NCBI RefSeq assembly: GCF_016433145.1 | Contig: NC_058133.1 | Coordinates: forward strand, 372,743,166 to 372,807,165 | Length of the DNA: 64,000 bases | Source: Gracilinanus agilis | Taxonomy: Eukaryota | Reading direction: 5' to 3' | Shown: positions 59,069 to 64,000 of the stretch, piece by piece | Layout of the letters: every line of letters starts with the position of its first letter | Position numbering within the stretch: the stretch's first letter is position 1 | The notes under the pieces: model-generated | Told to the model about the DNA's origin: nothing | The model's database searches: none | The model's input: only the letters and a program-made list of their open reading frames with translations | Translations under genes and position numbers: made by a program

Positions 59069-60081
59069 ATGGCAAGCCAGAGACAAGAACCCTAAAAGAG
59101 AAAGATCATCAAGAAGAAATCTGTAACACTCGACAACTTTTACACAGATAAAATCCAGACAACAGAGCAAATAGCAGAGGAGAACAAACAAGTAATCATA
59201 TACAAAATAACGAAAACTGGCCACAAGCTATTGAAGAGTTCAAATATGAGATGCTGAGAAAGATGGAAGAGATCTGGCAAGAAAATAACAGTTTAAAAGA
59301 CAGAATTTTGCAATTGAAAAGTGAGGCTCAGAAATCAAATGAACCGGTAAGCAAATTGAACACCAGAAATGACCATATTGAAAAGGAAAACCAAATGATT
59401 ATAGCCGAAAACCAGTCCCTAAAGGCTAGAATTGAGCAATTAGAAGCCAATGCTCTCTCAAGAGAGCAAGAACAAATAAAACAAAGTAAAAAGACTGATA
59501 AAATAGAAGGAAACATGAAATATCTCAATGAGAAAGTGACAGACCAAGAAAACAGGTCTAGAAGAGACAATCTGAAAATTATTGGTCTTCCAGAAAAAGC
59601 AGAAATTAATAGAAATTTGGACTCCATACTAAAAGAAATTATTCAGCAAAATTGCCATGAACTTCTACAATAAGAGGGCAATATAGACATTAAAAGGATC
59701 CATAGATCACCCTCTACACTAGACCCAGAAAGGACAATGCCCAGGAATATAATAGCCAAATTTAAGAGCTTCCAAGTAAAAGAAAAAATCTTACAAGAAA
59801 CCAGAAAGAGACAATTCAAATATCAAGGAGCACCAATCAGGATCACACAGGATCTGGCAGCCTCCACGCTAAAAGACTGCAAGGCTTAGAATATGATATT
59901 CAGAAAGGCAAGAGAGCTGGGCCTTCAACCACAGGTCAACTACCTGTCAAAACTGACTATATACTTCCAGGGGAAACTATGGGCATTCAACAAAATTGAA
60001 GATTTCCAAGTATTTGCACAGAAAAGACCAGGGCTAAATGAAAAGTTTAATATCCAACCACAAAAATCAAGAGAAACATGA
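59069..60081 (+). pseudogene. L1 ORF1p, disrupted
   Basis: Starts MASQRQEP*; coiled coil, then 'ENRSRRDNLKIIGLPE', 'RTMPRNIIAKF', 'IRITQDLAASTL'. Stops at 59093, 59671 and 59887, plus a frameshift near 59210. Confidence 0.93.
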
Positions 60082-60794
60082 AAAGGTAAATAAGAAACAG
60101 AGAGGAAAGAAAGAAAACTCATAATTTTTTAAATTTGACTCTTTAAGGACTTCAATAAGATCTAATTATCTGTTTTCCTATGTGGAGAAATGCTATGTAT
60201 AATTCTCTGTAGTGAACTCTAATCACTATTATAAAATTCACTATCATAGCAATCTGAAGAATAATTCATAGGGAGAGGTTGGAATACCAAATGTTCTAAG
60301 ATGACATGGGGGTGGGAAAGAGGGGGGTGAATAGTAGGGAACACCAAGAGACACTTGAGTGAATAAGAAAAAGAGGATACTCTATTACACACAAAGAGGG
60401 CATGGGAAGAGGAGGGGACAAATACTATTATAAGAAGGAGAGGAAGAGGGCATTAAGAGGTAATATTTAAACCTTATTGTCAGTGTAATCAACCCAGAGA
60501 GGGAAGAGTAGCTATATTATCCATTGGGATATAAAACTCTATCTAACCCTAATGAGAAAGTCAGAAGGGATAAACCAAGGAGAGCAGGGGAATGGGGAGG
60601 TCATAAAAGGGAGGGGAGAAGAAGGGGGAGGGAATTCATTAGGCCTTAAAAATAAAAAGAGGTGAATAATAAGGGAGGGGGTAGAAAGGGAACTAAATCA
60701 AGGGAGGGGACAAAGGTTACTGGCATAAAGCAAACCACTGGTTTAAAAGGAATTAGTGTAAGAAGAAGGGGTAGAACTAGGAGAGGATACCAAA

Positions 60795-63700
60795 ATGTTG
60801 GGGAATACAAAACTGATAATTATAACTCTGAATGTGAATGGGATGAACTTGCCCATAATAAGGAAGTAAATAGCAGAGTGGATTAGAAACCAAAATCCTG
60901 CCATATGTTGTCTACAAGAAACACATATCAGGTAGGTGGACATACACAGGTTTAAGGTAAAGGGTTTGAGCAAAATCCTTTGGGCCTCAAATGAGAAAAG
61001 AAGGCAGGAGTGGCAATTATGATTTCTGACAAAGCTAAAGTAAAAACAGATATGATTAAAAGAGACAGGGAAGGTAATTACATCCTGATAAAAGGCAGTA
61101 TAGACAATGAGGAAATAACATTGCTCAATATGTATGCAACAAATGGCATAGCAACCAGATTCATAAAGGAGAAACTGGTAGAGCTCAAGAAGGAAATAGA
61201 TAGTAAAACCATACTAGTGGGAGATCTAAATATCCCTCTTTCAGATCTAGGTAAATCAAACCAAAAAATAAATAACGAAGTGGTAAGAGAGGCGAATGAA
61301 GTCCTATAAAAATTAGATTTAATAGATATGGGGGGAAAAATAAATAGGAACAAAAAGGAATACACCTTCTTTTCAGCTGCACATGGTACATTCACAAAGA
61401 TTGACCATGTAATAGGGCATAGAAACATTGCAAATAAATGCAAAAGAGCAGAAATAATAAATGTAACCTTCTCAGATCACAATGCAATAAAAATAATAAT
61501 TAGTAAGGGGCACCTGGACAGGCAAATCAAAAACCAATTGGAAATTAAATTATATGATTCTCCAAAATCAGCTAGTCAAAGGAGAAATCATAGAAAAATC
61601 AACAATTTCATTGAAGAGAATGACAACAATGAGACATCCTACGAAACTCTGTGGGATGCAGCCACGGCAGTACTCAGGGGGAAATTTATATCCTTGAGTG
61701 CATATATTAACAATTTAGTGAGGGCAGAGCTTTATGAATTTGGCATGCAAATTAAAAATCCCCAGATGAAAACTAAATTAAAATACTAAAAATTAAGGGA
61801 GAAATTAATAAAATAGAAAGTAAAAGAATTATTGAATTAATAAATAAGACTAGAAGCTGGTATTTTGAAAAAACAGATAAAATAGACAAAATACTGGTCA
61901 ATCTAATGAAAAAAAGGAAAGAAGAAAATCAAATTGACAGTATCAAAGATGAAAAGGGAGACCTCACCTCTAATGAAGGGGAATTTAAGGAAATCATTAA
62001 AAATTATTTTGCCCAATTATATGGCAATAAATATAGCAATCTAGGATATATGAATGAATATTTACAAAAATGCAAATTGCCTATATTAACAGCAGAAGAA
62101 ATAGAATACCTAAATAATCCCATATCAGAAAAAGAAATTGAATAAGCCATCAAAGAACTCCTTAAGAAAAAATTGTCAGTACCTGATGGATTCACATGTG
62201 AATTTTATCAGACATTCAAAGAGCAACTAATCACAATAGTATACAAATTATTTGATATGAAAAGCAAAGAAGGAGTCCTACCAAATTCCTTTTATGACAC
62301 AAATATGGTACTGATTCCAAAGCCAGGTAGATCAAAAACAGAGAAAGAAAACTACAGATCAATCACCCTAGTGAACATAGAAGCAAAAATTTTATATAGA
62401 ATATTAGCAAAGAGACTCCAGCAAGTGATCAAGAGATCATCCACCATGATCAGGTGGGATTTATATCAGGAATGCAAAGATGGCTCAACATTAGGAAAAT
62501 CATCCACATAATTGACCATATCAACAATGTAACAAAGAAAAATCACATGATTATCTCAATAGATGCTGAAAAAGCCTTTGACAAAATACAACACCCATTC
62601 CTATTGAAAACCCTGGAAAGTATAGGAATAGAAGGACTTTTCCTAAAAATAATAAACAGTACATACCTAAAAACATCAACAAGTAGCATATGCAATGCGG
62701 ATAAATTAGAAGCCTTTCCAATAACATCTGGAGTGAAACAAGGATGCCCATTATCTCCTCTATTATTTAACATTGTAACAGAAACACTAGCAGTAGCAAT
62801 TAGAGAAGAAAAGAAATTGAAGGTATCAAAATAGGCAATGAGAAGACTAAGCTATCATTTGCCAATGATATGATGGTCTACTTAAAAAATCCTAGAGAAT
62901 CAACTAAGAAGCTTGTAGAAACTATCAACAACTTTAGCAAATTTGCAGGATACAAAATAAATGCACATATCATCAGCATTTCTATGTATTTCCAACACTT
63001 CACAGCAACAAGAGGTAGAAAGAGAAACACCATTTAAAATCACCCTAGACAATATAAAATACTTAGGAACCTATCTACCAAAACAGACACAGGAATTATA
63101 CGAAAACAACTACAAGACACTTTCCAAACAATTAAAGCTAGATCTAAACAATTGGAAAAATATTGATTGCTCATGGGTAGGATGAGCTAACATAATAAAA
63201 CTGGCCATTCTACCCAAATTAATTTACCTATTTAGCGCCATACCTATCAAACTACCAAAAAACTTTTTTACTGAATTAGGAAAAACTATAGCAAAGTTCA
63301 TCTGGAATAAGAAAAGATCAAGAAAATCAAGGGAAATAATGAAAAAAAATGTGAAGGAAGGGGGCCTAGCAGTACCAGATATTAAACTGTATTATAAAGC
63401 AGCTGTCATCAAAACGGTATGGTACTGGCTAAGAGACAGAAGGGATTATCAGTGGAATAGACTTGGGGTAAGTGATGTCAGCAAGACACTGTATGATAAA
63501 CCCGAGGAGCCCAACTTTGGGGACATGAATCCACTATTTGACAAAAATTGTTGGGAAATTTGGAAAACAATATGGGAGAGGTTAGGTTTAGATCAACATC
63601 TCACACCCTACACCAAGATAAATTCAGAATGGGTGAATGACTTGAATATAAAGAGGGACACTATAAATAAGTTAAGTGAACATAGAATAGTTTACTTGTC

Positions 63701-64000
63701 AGATCTCTGGGAAAGGAAAGATTTTAAAACCAAGCAAGAATTAGAGAACATTACAAAATGTAAAATAAATTATTTTGATTATATCAAACTAAAAAGCTTT
63801 TGTACAAACAAAAACAATGTAGCCAAAATCAGAAGGGAAACAAAAAATTGGGAAAAAATCTTTACAACAAAAAACTTTGACAGGCGTCTAATTACTCAAA
63901 TATACAAGGAGTTAAACCAATTGTATAAAAAATCAAGCCATTCCGCAATTGATAAATGGGCAAGAGACATGAATAGGCAATTTTCAGATAAAGAAATGAA
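60795..64000 (+). pseudogene. L1 ORF2p (endonuclease plus RT), disrupted and truncated by the window
   Basis: 'TLNVNGMN..CCLQETH', 'ILVGDLN', 'KIDHVIG', 'FSDHN', 'PDGFTCEFY', '[13 protein letters not shown]', '[13 protein letters not shown]', with multiple stops and frameshifts. Confidence 0.96.

Larger units (their letters stand above)
58387..64000 (+). mobile_element. 5'-complete marsupial L1 (5' UTR, ORF1, long spacer, ORF2), continues past the window edge
   Basis: Starts 'ttcctggttaagatggcggcagag' with a CpG-containing 5' UTR, followed in order by ORF1p, endonuclease and RT motifs. Confidence 0.97.

Noticed and set aside
1-64000. CRISPR array, prokaryotic operon or other novel multi-gene system
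   Set aside because: There are no regularly spaced direct repeats or long intact ORFs. All recognisable coding fragments are retroelement-derived.

Overview
This is AT-rich, CpG-poor mammalian DNA made up mostly of transposable-element debris. The repeat content (SINE1_Mdo-like dimer, Mar1/MdoRep1-type SINEs, marsupial L1 with a long inter-ORF spacer, OposCharlie-like MITEs, WALLSI/RTE-type SINE) points to a marsupial, most likely the opossum Monodelphis domestica. That species call is an inference. I found no recognisable host protein-coding gene, tRNA/rRNA/snRNA gene or CRISPR array, so the window looks intergenic or deep intronic. The only ORFs with recognisable homology are decayed retroelement proteins (L1 ORF1/ORF2, L2 and L3/CR1 RT fragments). 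The main elements are: a 5'-complete but inactivated L1 running from ~58387 off the right edge; an internally deleted L1 plus nested L1/RTE-SINE cluster at ~22.3-26 kb; several solo LTRs; hAT MITEs with 8-bp TSDs; many MIR/L2/L3 relics; microsatellites; and a 201-nt assembly gap. A few repeat-free tracts (~3.4-3.7, 5.3-6.0, 16.1-16.9, 20.6-21.0 kb) look like candidate regulatory elements or unannotated exons. I did not find a convincing novel biological system. Family names come from recalled consensus sequences, not a database search, and boundaries of old repeats are approximate (tens of bp).
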